Of a stretch of 64,000 nucleotides of DNA, positions 13,496-26,536 are shown in pieces (the stretch's first letter is position 1; each line of letters begins with the position of its first letter). The stretch spans positions 22,196,001 through 22,260,000 of the forward strand of contig NC_088799.1 of assembly GCF_011386835.1 (NCBI RefSeq), read 5' to 3'. The position numbers and the translations under genes were made by a program. Under the pieces are notes generated by a model that saw only the letters and a list, made by a program, of their open reading frames with translations, searched no databases and was not told the origin of the DNA. The DNA is from Chrysemys picta bellii (Eukaryota).

Positions 13496-16185
13496 AAAAT
13501 TATAGGCAGGCCTGGTAGCAAAACCTATAATTAAAGTTGTCTAGCATTTTCAATTATAAGCCCCAATTTTCAGATGTTTACAACTTAGCCAGACTAACTG
13601 TTCTAGCTAAAATTTTCCATGTTTGCATCCTTCCTCAGACTGATCTTATATATGTGTTTGTTTATTTTAGTTTCAGCAAAAATTGTTTAGTCAGTTCAAA
13701 GAATAAGTTTAGGCAAAAATAGGTAGTTTTGCCAATACTACCTTTTCTTCCCAACTGTTTCTTATTTGTTATTTTATTAGCTCTCCCTGGAAACATCTGA
13801 AAAACAAAATACTTTTGATAGCTATTGATGCATGGGAAACTTCACACACAACTCTTCCCTCATTATGATAAAAATATACACTCTAGGACTATATCCTTTT
13901 GCAGCCTCCAGCAATTACTAGTAGGCCATATCCTGCTATTGATTTTTATGCCAAACCTTCATGGACTTCAGAGACAGTCATGTGATAAAGAATGGCTCGA
14001 TATAGCCTATGGCACTTTTTCCAACATAAAGCTCTGCATTGGGTTTCTAATTGGAGCAGCGTACCACCACTGCCAACTTTGGAGAACAGCATTGGGGGAA
14101 AAATGAGAGGAAAGACTTGAAGATGGCTATCCAATGTAACGTCAACAAATGAATAAAATACAAATTTTTGAGGACAAGGAATGTATTTTTAAATCTCAAT
14201 ATTATTTTATTATATTTTACTTCATGCAATGAAATGCTATGCTAGACTGTGCAAATACTACCAGTTAACTGTCTCTCTAGTGATCAATTCATAATATATT
14301 TCATTACAACAGCTAAAAAGGTAGAAAAGAAAGTCTACTTCACACAGCACAAGCCAGATAAAGCAAAGCTGTTCTTTAGATTCTAATTCCTTGATTGTTT
14401 GTCTTACAGTTTGTAGCTGACGCCACATTGTCTGTTTTGAAGCAATTACATTAATCCCTCAGCTTCAGTGAAACCTTCTGTCTAGTGAATTCTGATAGCA
14501 TCATCGTTAGTAGCCCTCATTAATGAATAAATCTAGATTTTGATGCTCACTGTGTACTATTCTCTAAAATTTACAGTAATGTATAGTCTTTCATTCATCC
14601 AGTAGATCGCTTTTCTATCCAAACATGATGAAGTAACATACTGCAGCACAAAACAAAAATCAATAGCTTTAAAAGCACATTTACTGAACTTAATAAGATG
14701 GAATATTAGTTTTCAGTACACCGAAAGTGCTGATACCATAAAGTAAGCCCCCATCAAATGATCCCTTGATTAGATTTTTCATGCAATCTATTACATGCTG
14801 AAGATGCTTGCACTCTTAATCTCTCTCAGCATTTTTTAAACTAGAAAAATGTCAGTTTGAAGGGCAAATCAAGATGTGAAGAAGGCACTCACTAAAGAAA
14901 CAATGTACTATATCCTATAGTATCAAAAAAATCTAAATACAAGGTTAGAACAAATACAGGCCAATTCCTGCCACTTCCAGTTCTCTTATCCTATTCATTT
15001 TTACGATGAATCACTATTTTTAACTTTCCACAGAATGTTCTAATAGGATCTTTAGACCCCCCCAGGCCATGCCTCAGTACTAGAAGCTAGGAACTCCTGA
15101 ATTCTAGTGAATACTAATACCTACTTATCTCTCTCACAAGGTTGCTGTGAGGATTAATTAAGATCTTTGAATATAGAAAGTATAGGTAAGTGTTAGATGA
15201 AAGATTTTTTTTTTAAAATCTGAAAGTAAACCAACCATGCTATACCATATGATGACAGCGTTTTGCCGCCTCAATCTCGCTAACCTGGGTTGTTTGTCCT
15301 GAACACACAGAAAGGCAGAAAAGGTGTGAGGGATGCAATATAATTCTGTTGCAACTTTAGTAACTTAACTCATTTGGGTAATATCTTGTACAGTGCAGGT
15401 CATGATTAATTTATTAATCATTTCCGCCAGTTGGAGGGCTACCATCAGTCCCGCACCACCACCACCTCCCCCACCCAGCCCCCTGCTCATTGCTGGGACC
15501 TCCAGCCCTCCCCTCGTGTGAGGGTTAAGGGACTAGGGAAAGGGAGTTCTTCTCTCTTCACTGTACCAGTCATTAGGAACCACAGCATCATTCTCCAGCT
15601 TCTTTAGGGGATATCTTCCACTAACTCCACTTTCAATTCTGGAGTATCAGGGAACCCAGACTTCCTCAGGACTGAATACCTGCACTGGACATCTTTTGCT
15701 TTTGCAGTCTGATATAATTGATCAACCCAGTGTTTTTAGTACATCATGGGCATACACCAACAGCATTAGTCAGCAATTAATCATCTTTTAACTGACACTC
15801 TTTGCATAGAACACATTATATCCTAATTAGTCTAAATCTACACAAACTTATATTTTGACTTTGTATTCATATGTATTATGATACTTAGTGACAGTATCAT
15901 GTCCTATAGGTGCGTAAGGATTTCTGGGTCAATGCACATGAAAACAAAAATATTATATTAGTATCCGAAGTTTTAATATAAAAATTAGCATTGTTTGCAG
16001 TAACTTATTTTAAAGCTACAGAGTCACCACAAACTTTCTAAATGTATACAGTGCTCATTTACACTAGAAACACAAATTCAAAGAACTCTATAATCTAAAC
16101 ATTCATTGAGAAATCCACTGAAGAGACTGATATACTCTGGACAAGGCTAGCCACAAAACTGAACTTAAGCCCTTAGTCTGCCCTT

Positions 16186-16305
16186 AGTCTGTTCATTCCC
16201 TCTGGGGCACCTGGCATTGGCCACTGTCGGAAGACAGGATACTGGGCTAGATGGATCTTTGGTCTAAGTACCAGTATGGCTACCCAGTACGGCTGTTCTT
16301 ATGTT
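16186..16305 (+). mobile_element. CR1 3'-end fragment
   Basis: gcattggccactgtcggaagacaggatactgggctagatgga...ccagtatggc...gttcttatgt is a typical turtle CR1 terminus. Confidence 0.75.
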
Positions 16306-16689
16306 ACTAGTATGGTGACCTGGGTCCTAGTGACAGTAGTATTCCTCTACTCCCTTAATATGCACCTAAGGGTCATGCCCCACGAGTTCAAAAACATGTA
16401 TCTACTCCAGTGCTTGCAAAGAGCAATGTTTTCTTCAATTTAATCTACTCTTAAGCACCTCTGCTAGAAGGAGCAGTGGCCTTGTTATTAAGGAACTGTC
16501 TTGGGAAGGCCCCAAATGCCTGCAAATTGAACATTATGATGATTAAATATTTACATAGAGGAGTGCCTAAAGACTGCAAAAAAGGATGAGAACCTTATTG
16601 TGTCCGGTGCTGTACAAATGGAGGAGAGAGACAATCCATGATCTGACTGGGTTGCATGTTGACTATGGCTTTCTAGTGTTTTAAGTTTT

Positions 16690-17360
16690 TCTTTACCTCA
16701 AGTCTATTGCTTATTATTCATCTCATTACTGTAAAAAAAATTTCAATTTGTATTAATATACTATCCTCAAATATCCCTTTCCTCCAAGTCACACAATTAA
16801 TTTCCTTATCTTCTAACCTATTTACCATTTTTGTGGCCCTTGATTGGATTCTGATGTATCTATATTCTTTTAGAAATAAGATGCCAAAAATATAGGACTC
16901 CCTCCAAGCTGGCATAAAGTATTTTTAACATTTCCCATGTTCTACCAGTGCTATCCCTACATTCAGACCAGAATGTCATTTGCCTTTTTTGCAGCTTCAC
17001 TTCATTTTCAGTTCATGTCCCATCTGTCTGTCTCTCTCACCTCCAAAGATTTTTCTGCATTACTGCTCTTTAAGTAGCACCCTCACCTTTTACGCTTGTA
17101 CTGGGAGTTACTCTTCCCTGCTTTTTTAATTTTACATATTTCGTCCCATTTAGATCTCTCTAAAACTTTCAAATCAATCATTCTGTAATTTTGATCCATC
17201 CCCCAATGTGATTGCAATTCTTCCCAGTTTGATATCTGTACATTTGATCAATGTTCAATTTATTTTACCCACTAAATAATTACTGATATATTAAATAATA
17301 CAATTCCAAATTCTGAGCCCACATTATCCCACTTTATAAGTCACCCTCTAGATAATGACC
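16690..17360 (-). mobile_element. Old degraded CR1 ORF2 C-terminal fragment
   Basis: ORF 16718..16915 contains IQSRATKMVNRLE (compare CR1 [13 protein letters not shown]). Confidence 0.6.
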
Positions 17361-17738
17361 ATAAAGGAATCAATTGTGCCATAAAGTTGTTATAAAACAG
17401 GGAACAGTTCCTAAAAAGCCTAATATACTTGAGAGCTGGATTTCATGTTAAAGATAGATCACCGTACCAGGTACACTGAATAGTCTAAGAGAGATATTAG
17501 AGAAACTTGGTTTCAGACAGGAACCAAATCAATAATCTCATTCCTCAGCTACCAAGAATTTTAAAATTATTTTCTACATAAAAAAATCACCATGAAACAC
17601 TTAGAATTTAAAAACATTAACATAAATAATATTGTATTATATACATCTGTGGTCAAAGATAGGTCTGTTAAATCTATAGTGAGATACACAGATTTTCACC
17701 AAAGAATCAATTTTGTGGCTAAATCACACAGTCTAAAA

Positions 17739-18049
17739 CAGGGCTTGGCAACCTTTCAGAAGTGGTGTGCCAAGTTTTTATTTATTCACGCTAATTTAAG
17801 GTTTCGCGTGCCAGTAATACATTTTAACCTTTTTAGAAGGTTTCTTTCTAGAAGTCTATAATATATAACTAAACTATTGTTGTATGTAAAGTAGATAAGG
17901 TTTTTAAAATGTTTAAGAAGCTTCATTTAAAATTAAATTAAAATGCAGAGCCCCCCGGACTGGTGGCCAGGACCCGGGCAATGTGAGTGCCACTGAAAAT
18001 CAGCTCGTGTGCCGCCTTCGGCATCTGTGCCATAGGTTGCCTACCCCTG
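17739..18049. mobile_element. hAT (Buster/Charlie-type) MITE, family A short form
   Basis: TIRs cagggcttggcaacct / aggttgcctacccctg and a perfect 8-bp TSD gtctaaaa (17731-17738, 18050-18057). Confidence 0.9.
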
Positions 18050-18399
18050 GTCTAAAAGGACAGCAGAAGTTTTACTTGTAGCTGTTACCTAGGCGAACAC
18101 AAATGCTACATTTCACTAATCTCATGAGTTGTTTTGCCTTCTATCCCTTCACCTAGACTTTCACTAAGCAAAACAGGTTTGAATTATTAATTCCCAAATT
18201 ATAAGTGCTATAAATAAATAGTGTTATAATTCTGAACACTACATCCTGCCACTAGACCACCTCCTGAAGGAAAAGGAAAAGTTACATAATCTCTTCCTTC
18301 CATATCCATTGAAGGATCTAATTTTAACCACAGGAATAGAACTGTTTGATTTTTATTTTTTATTTTAAACAACAATACCAAAAATATTTACAAGAACAT

Positions 18400-18400
18400 A

Positions 18401-18448
<48 letters not shown>
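18400..18448. repeat. (GAAA)n microsatellite
   Basis: About 12 perfect units visible. Confidence 0.95.
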
Positions 18449-18449
<1 letters not shown>

Positions 18450-21400
18450 GTGGTATTATCAGTATATAACAAGGTCTAGCACAGAACTCATGTATGGATC
18501 AATTCCCCAACCATTGATTATGTGTGACTAAGTTAAGTTTCAAGGCCAGTTTGGCTAAACCAGTGAGATATTTGTGGTTTAGTCAAGGAAAGGAAAATGA
18601 GAATCTCTACATCTAAAACACTAATTTCAATTAAGTTTACATTAGGAGAGGTGCCAAACTGTCCTCAGTAAATTAACAAAAATGCCATGGTGAGGCCATC
18701 CTTATGACCCTCTGTGATCATAGTCTACCATGCCACTTCTATATAATTACTGCTTTTTAAAATATATATTAATTACAGCTTTGTTGTTTACTGACCCATA
18801 CATTTACAATTTGTTTTCTTAATGGTCCTTATCTTTCCCACAAGAAAAAATAAAAATAAAAAACTTCTCACCCCTCTTTCAACCCCACAGCAATAACTTC
18901 CATTTACCACATCTGTCCCACCCATTTACCATCTGTTCTTCTTGCCAAATATTAGAACGGAGAAACATCCCTAGAGCTGCGCTGGTGATAATAGCACAAA
19001 CAAGACGATTATAAAAGTTTTATGTATTATATACATAAAAATAAAAGCACATGCCCCTCTGCCGACTTATGGTACTATATAAATAAAGAATGCTTGCATC
19101 TGTGATTTTTCATTGTGTAGTTATGGATGCCACATTTTATTTCCAATGCATTAAAAGGGCAAATGTTACACACTTCACTTGGAAGTTGGAGTGTTGAGAG
19201 TTATGCTATTAACCTTGGGGCACTTGCCCTGGAAAACAAGTTACAGAAGTTAGTCAATCGGTCCAAAAATATTTGAGTGCTGGCTAAATATTCTTATATG
19301 ACAATATAAAATTGATTCCATGGGTAATGTATTCACCATTTACATTTTAATCATTGGTGTAATTCTCTGCTGCCTGAACATTTGAACTGGCTTGATGTTT
19401 GAGAGGATACAACTTCCTCAGTCATTAGTAGTTGCTTTTTGGCACTGATCTACACTCCTGCAATGACCTACACTCTGTTGAAGGGTGACATGCTGTTTTC
19501 TGTTAGTTTGTAGATTCTTGAGCATGACAAGACCAATGTGGATAGGAATTATGGAAGTTTCTTGAAAGGTATTATTTATCACATCCAGTGAAAGTACAGG
19601 ATTTAATGCTGATTGGACACACTGAGAGCTTCTCGGCTCTCTATGAGCTGAGAGGTGAAAACATTATCTAGGAAGACTAGCCCTGTAGGGCAGTCTTTTT
19701 TCCAGCAGAATTTCTACATAGACTCAATACAAAGAGGGGGTTTTGTCATGTACGGACAGGAAGTTACCAGATAAGCTTTTACAGTTTTTATCTTTTTTCA
19801 CAATATACCAGATATTTGAAATATTATTACATTTGTTGATTCAACACAAACGTGGCAAGACTATATCAGTTACACATGGACCAATCAAGAGAAACTCCAG
19901 TGAGTCACTTGGGTTTATAGAAGTGTAACTGAAAGCAGAATTTGACCCACTGAATCTGCATTCAAGGACTAAGTAAGATGAACAATATAAATGCTGTCAT
20001 ACCTCTGGCAATGTACAGGATTAAGACAGTTGTGTACATGTTGCCAACAGTTTACTACTTGCTTTGGCTACACCTGCTTTCTGTTCCTGGATTAACTCCA
20101 CATTTTCTTTCTTTGCTTTAGTTTGCTTGTAAAAGGTTTGGGATTAACAAGAAAAGACAAGACTTAAAAATACTTTAGTGCAACAATATTATCTCCAATT
20201 CTTACTTGTCAAATAAGATTGGGCAAATTTGTTTGACAAGAAAGCTCTATATGCCCTCAGAAAAAGGAACAGTCTAATGATCCAATAGCGTTTTGGGAGT
20301 ACACGTACTACTGAGTTCTGTTTTATTTCTAATTCATCCACTATTGGAGAGTGCTAAGACAACATTTACTGGATAAGCTTTCTTGATTTGCTCAGTTTTA
20401 TTAATGTTGTTTCTGAAATATCACTGGGTTATTCCCATCATTTATACTGTACGTTAAGAAGAATGTGAATCCCACAAAAGCAACTTGGAACATTAGTTGA
20501 TTGACTGACCTCCTTTTATGTATACTTCATTCCACATATAACAAACAATAATTGACTCTGATGTGGGATTTAACAGTTTGTATATACAGTAGATTTTATA
20601 TCTATATAGTAAATTGATTTAAATGTAGAGTTATTGCTGAAGTATTTTTACTGGGCAACAGTGTGAAATTTGTTCCAAACACGGCATCTTCCCTGTACAA
20701 GAACTTTACCGCAGGGGGTGTTAACATGTCATTAATGTGGACACTTATCACCTCAGACTTTTTCCCTTCTTGGCAATTATACAACATTGAAAACACAAAC
20801 CATGGCAGGCTGACAAAAAGCAGTACACGAGTCAGCTCTTGGGATTAATTTACAGTATTTCCAAAGAAGTTTAAAAACCCAGCAGGGTTATGGCAATTTT
20901 TTATTTAATATTAGAAGCAATTGACTAAATGTTGGAAGGCGCTGAGGTTAGATACAATGGGCTGGATGCTGCCAGGTGCTGTAGTTAGTGAGAATTGGGG
21001 ACGGTGGGTCTGTTATGAAATGATACTTCTACATACTGTGAAACAGTTTAGAACAACATTTGTTTCCTTGGGAGGAGGCGGAGGGGTGGGGGGGGGGGGG
21101 GAGGGAGAAGAAGAGAAGTTGCATAATATCCTGGCTCTGTAGGGAGAAACATATACTTGAAGTTAATGTCAGGACTTCAACCATGCAACTGAAGCTATTT
21201 TTGCCTTAGGTCTGTCATTACCAGATGCAGACAATTACTATATTTAAAGTTCCAAAACTGTACATGGCATACTTTATTTTTAAAGGGACAAAGGCTGTTA
21301 TAATATTTATGAAAATCCTGTACCCATAGAACACTTGTTTTTGTATCTTTCACTACAAGATGTATTTACGGTGAAGTACAAATAAAATGAAAATTTAGAG

Positions 21401-21730
21401 TCAAAATGTTTCATTTCTTAAGCTGCACTGTAATTTGTATTAAAAACTAGAGGGTCACAATATTTAAATTATAGTCTTGACAACTAAATGTAGTGTGTAA
21501 GAAGTTTTACAGAACATTGTAACAACCAAATTTTAATGAAAATTACTTGTGTGTTAAATACAACAGAAAGTTTCACTATTTTAGCAAACAAGAAAGAAAC
21601 ATTTATATATCTGGATGAACTGTAGCATAGGGTGCTTTGAATGGTATTGGCAACTCTTCAGATTTGAACTGTTTCTCTTTTGCAAAAACAGAGCAATTGT
21701 TAGAAGACAAGCGTCCTTTTTGTCTCTTAC

Positions 21731-21808
21731 CTTTTTATAATTCCCCTCCATCTCCAACGTGGATACTTTACTGATGATGTCATCCATTCCATCACTGTCC
21801 AAATTCAT
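21731..21808 (-). CDS. SCHIP1: Alternative SCHIP1 N-terminal coding exon MNLDSDGMDDIISKVSTLEMEGNYKK, phase-0 donor
   Basis: Start context taa-aga-ATG (in-frame stop two codons upstream, -3 A). The 26 codons end AAA AAG|gtaaga, a consensus donor in phase 0 that fits the AQKNE exon 10,778 nt downstream. It resembles N-termini I recall from predicted vertebrate SCHIP1 isoforms (not verified). Confidence 0.75.
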
Positions 21809-22795
21809 TCTTTAACTCTCAAACCCCCTCACTGCAGATTAAATATTCCTTGCAATTATCACTATTCATTGTATCCATAATTTATTAGTCCATACTCCAA
21901 GATCTGTTTGGATTTCTCATTTTTAAACTGAAATATCAGATGATAACTGAAATTCTGTCAGTGTCCTTGCTCTTTTTCATTCAGAGAGACTGTCTAGTAC
22001 TTATACCTTCGTCTCATTCACGCTAGTGTGAGGACAGCTGCCATTCCATGCAGTTAAAATGTGACTTCTTGCTGACACTTCGGCCTGTCAAGGGTATGGT
22101 CTCCTCACAATCTGCTATCACCTTCCTCTGAATAATTCTGCTAGAATCCTCTTCAAAGCATGTTTCTTTTCCCTAATAAAGTAAAAGGCTGTCTTTGAGC
22201 CTTAGCCAGCTGATTACACGGAGTTCACTGCTTAGCAGTGTGTGTTGTAGCTACAAGAGGAAAGCAGCAGTCTTCATCCAGCCACTGGTAGTGCAGGATA
22301 AAAATAGATGGAAACTTGCCTAGCAGACTACACCAAGGCAGAGAAAACCTGGTATCTTATGACAAAATTAAAACAGTGTGGTTCAAAGTCAAGGCTACAG
22401 GAGGCAAAACTGGACTCACTTCTGAGACTTTCACGTACAACCTCCCTGTACAATAGACAATACTTTCTGTACAGATTGGTTGTTCTGTTTCAATATCCAC
22501 AACTTTAGTCTATTAGGGGAAGCAAAAAAGAATTCCATAATTTGTTTGGAAATTCACCCAGTGCATTTCCAATTTCGGAAGGAGCTCTTCATTCTTTTTA
22601 TTGCCTTTCTTGCCTCCAAGCATTGCATGGTTTGCTTACTTGCTTAAGAGACAGGAGTAACAAAATCTACAACTGGAGGATTTTTTTTCATCCATTTCTT
22701 TCACAAAGTACATAACTAGGGATTTTCTATTTTAAGGACGATTCCTTGGCTGGAATATTTACTTCCAGACATAATAAAGCTTTTAGGAGAAAAAC

Positions 22796-24316
22796 CATAA
22801 ATCATAGAATATCAGGGTTGGAAGGGACCTCAGGAGGTCATCTAGTCCAACCCCCTGCTCAAAGCAGGACCAATTCCCAACTAAATCATCCCAGCCAGGG
22901 CTTTGTCAAGCCAGGACTTAAAAACCTCCAAGGAAGGAGATTCCACCACTTCCCTAGGTAAAGCATTCCAGTGCTTCACCACCCTCCTAGTGAAATAGTG
23001 TTTCCTAATATCCAACCTAGACCTCCCCCACTGCAACTTGAGATCATTGCTCCTTGCTCTGTCATCTGCCACCACTGAGAACAGCCGAGCTCCATCCTCT
23101 TTGGAACCCCCCTCAGGTAGTTGAAAGCAGCTATCAAATCCCCCCTCATTCTTCTCTTCTGGAGACTAAACAATCCCAGTTCCCTCAGCCTCTCCTCACA
23201 CGTCATGTGCTCCAGACCCCTAATCATTTTTGTTGCCCTCCGCTGGACTCTTTCCAATTTTTCCACATCCTTCTTGTAGTGTGGGGCCCAAAACTGGACA
23301 CAGTACTCCAGATGAGGCCTCACCAATGTCGAATAAAGGGGAACGATCACGTTCCTCCATCTGCTGGCAATGCCACTACTTATACAGCCCAAAATGCCAT
23401 TAGCCTTCTTGGCAACAAGAGCACACTGTTGACTCATATCCAGCTTCTCGTCCACTGTGACCCCTAGGTCCTTTTCTGCAGAACTGCTACCTAGCCATTC
23501 GGTCCCTAGTCTGTAGCAGTGCATAGGATTCTTCCATCCTAAGTGCAGGACTCTGCACTTGTCCTTGTTGAACCTCATCAGGTTTTTTTTGGCCCAACTC
23601 CTTTAGCACCCTTGGATGCAGCGCATCCAGCCTCATGGATTTGTGCTCATCCAGTTTTTCTAAATAGTCCCGAACCACTTCTTTCTCCACGGAGGGCTGG
23701 TCACCTCCTCCCCATACTGTGCTGCCCAGTCCAGCAGTCTGGGAGCTGACCTTGTTTGTGAAGACAGAGGCAAAAAAAGCATTGAGTACATTAGCTTTTT
23801 CCACATCCTCTGTCTCTAGGTTGCCTCCCTCATTCAGTAAGGGGCCCACACTTTCCTTGACTTTCTTCTTGTTGCTAACATACCTGAAGAAACCCTTCTT
23901 GTTACTCTTAACATCTCTTGCTAGCTGCAACTCCAAGTGCGATTTGGCCTTCCTGATTTCACTCTTGCATGCCTGAGCGATATTTTTATACTCCTCCCTG
24001 GTCATTTGTCCGATCTTCCAATTCTTGTAAGCTTCTTTTTTGTGTTTAAGGTCAGCAAGGATTTCACTGTTAAGCCAAGCTGGTCGCCTGCCATATTTAC
24101 TATTCTTTCTACACATCGGGATGGTTTGTTCCTGCAACCGCAATAAGGATTCTTTAAAATACAGCCAGCTGTCCTGGACCCCTTTGCCCTTCACGTTATT
24201 CTCCCAGGGGATCCTGCCCATCTGTTCCCTGAGGGAGTCAAAGTCTGCTTTTCTGAAGTCCAGGGTCCGTATTCTGCTGCTCTCTTTTCTTCCTTGTGTC
24301 AGGATCCTGAACTCGA
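22796..24316 (-). mobile_element. Young 5'-truncated CR1 LINE with an internal deletion of the RT core
   Basis: ORF 23487..24347 (EFRIL...TLDFRKADFD...LHPRVLKEL) is fused out of frame to ORF 22976..23578 ([14 protein letters not shown]...[16 protein letters not shown]...[13 protein letters not shown]). The 3' end is ttctatgatt. Confidence 0.95.
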
Positions 24317-25070
24317 AATCCCAACCCAATGAAGAAAAAGGAAGCATTCAAATATAAAAATTTCACTTGTCACAAGCTTCTAGTATTTCCAGAGTCAGAT
24401 TAAACCCCACTGGCATAGGCAGATACAAATTCAAGGAACACTGTGGAACCTTGCTCCCCAGCCAACCATCACAAGTAAGTTCCTCACTGCTCCCCACTCT
24501 CCATACCAGGATTCCTTTTGGATTTTGTAAAACCGTCTACTCACTCCAGATTTGTGGGCAAAGTATTAGTTTGGTAATGGTATTTAAGAAGTCATGGATT
24601 CCATGGCTCGCCATCTTTTTCCAAAGCCCAGTGTCTTTCCCTTTTTAATCCTTGCTCAGATTGAATATATGATTTCTATGGAGGAAGACACTGTTGTAAG
24701 TCACTCAGGAGTATTCATTCTGCTGCATGACAATTGTCAGTGGAGGAAGGGAGAAGGAATGGGGAATGGGTGAATGTACGAAAATCCTCCCACTGCATGG
24801 GGGATTTAAAGATCCTGTTGAACATGGGACACTGGTGCCAGTGCTTGTGGTGCTCTCTCTCCCCGCTTTACAGGGAGCCTGGATATTACAGCACCATGCA
24901 TGGGGAGGGTTCGATTTTCCATACTGCATAGTTACAGAAACATTCACACTCTGCTCCCTCCAGGGGATCCCCTTGAGAAGAGGTTGGAGCCTGGTGTCTC
25001 TGATTCAGGGGCAGTGAGATTATGGAGGGAGGGAGAGAGAGAGCAGATTCCTCTCCTTCCCTCCTAAGAG

Positions 25071-25120
25071 CATAAGAATGGCCATACTGGTTCAAACCAA
25101 TGGTCCATCTAGCCCAATAT
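25071..25120 (-). mobile_element. Very short CR1 3'-end fragment
   Basis: cataagaatggccatactgg...tggtccatctagccca. Confidence 0.6.
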
Positions 25121-25849
25121 CTTCTCAAACACTGCATGGGTAGTTGATGAAGAAACTCCTTTCTTGGATTCTTCTCAGCACCCATGCATGCCTTCAAGAT
25201 ACATCAACCCTCAGTTGGTCTTCATTTTCTCAGAGAGGAGTAAAGGGTTATTGACAGTTTCTACTGCAGGCACAGCCAACCCAGCCAAGAATGGTAGAAA
25301 CACACCAGGAATAAAGATTTCACTTGTGTCTGTCCTGTTTGTGGGACACAGAAAAGAACATGCCAGAAACAGGTAACTGAGTTAGGCACTCCGGCTGTGG
25401 CCGATGGGAGACAGGCTGTGATTACGTCCTGTTTGTTTACACTTCAAAGGCAATGTTCCCAAGGAAAAGGGCTAGGAAAAAATGGTGGTTTTTTTTTAAA
25501 TGGAAGTGTAGGTCTCCACCAGTCGTTTGGTGCTCTTTTACAGCCTGCCAAAGTCCAATGGTTGATGATGATGTTCTTAATTTGCCAGTAGATTCTTACT
25601 ATGCCTTTCCCCCAAGGGGGGGGGGGGAAAAAGCAGAAGTCTTGCACATAAGTGCTGAGATTTTCAAAGGGAGTAAGGGAGTTTGCCACCCATTGATCTT
25701 CAACACCTTTGAAAATCCCAGACTAAATTTTACCAAAATCTTTCAAATAAAACACATCTGAGGTTTTTAAAAGCTTTTTTGAGCTATGGGCAAAAACCAA
25801 ACATACATAAAACAACACTAAGCAACCCTCCCCAGTACACACACTAGAA

Positions 25850-26536
25850 CAGTGGTTTTCAAACTTTTTTTCTGGCGACCCAGCTGAAGAAAACTGTTGA
25901 TGAGGGATTTGGGTGCAGGGGTGAGGGCTGTGGGGTGGGGCCGGGAATGAGGGGTTCAGGATTTGGGAGGGGCCTCTGGGCTGGAGTAGGGGATTGAGGT
26001 GCGAGAGGGGGTCAGGGTTCTGGGCTGGGGGTGCAAGCTCTGGGGTAGGGCAGAGGATTGGGGTGTGGGGTTGGGGCACAGGCTTACCTTGGGCGGCTCC
26101 TGATTAGTGACGCAGCAGGCATGCTAAGGCAGGCTTTCTGGCACCGCGGACTGCGCTGCGCCCCGGAAGCGGCCAGCAGCAGGTCCAGCTCCTGGGCAGA
26201 GATGGACAAGTGGCTCTCGCCCGCAGGGCCCCCCCCGCTCCAACTGGCCAGTTCCCGGCCAATAGAGTGCCGAGCTGGTGCTCGGGCAGCACGCCGAGCT
26301 CTGTGCCCCCTCCCCCACTTCCCCTCCTCCTGCCTAGGAGCCGGATCTGCTGTTGGCCACTTCCGGGGCACAACACAGTGTCAGAACAGGTAGGGACTAG
26401 CCTGCTTTAGCCGGGCAGCACCGCTGACAGGACTTTTAACAGCCCGGTTGGCAGTGCTGACCATAGCCACCACGACCCAGTGCCTTACATTCCATGACCC
26501 AGTATTGGGTCGCGACCCGCAGTTTGAAAATCACTG
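25850..26536. mobile_element. hAT MITE (CAGTGGTTTTCAAACT ends), GC-rich interior
   Basis: TIRs cagtggttttcaaact / agtttgaaaatcactg; TSD cactagaa / cactacaa with 1 mismatch. Confidence 0.85.
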
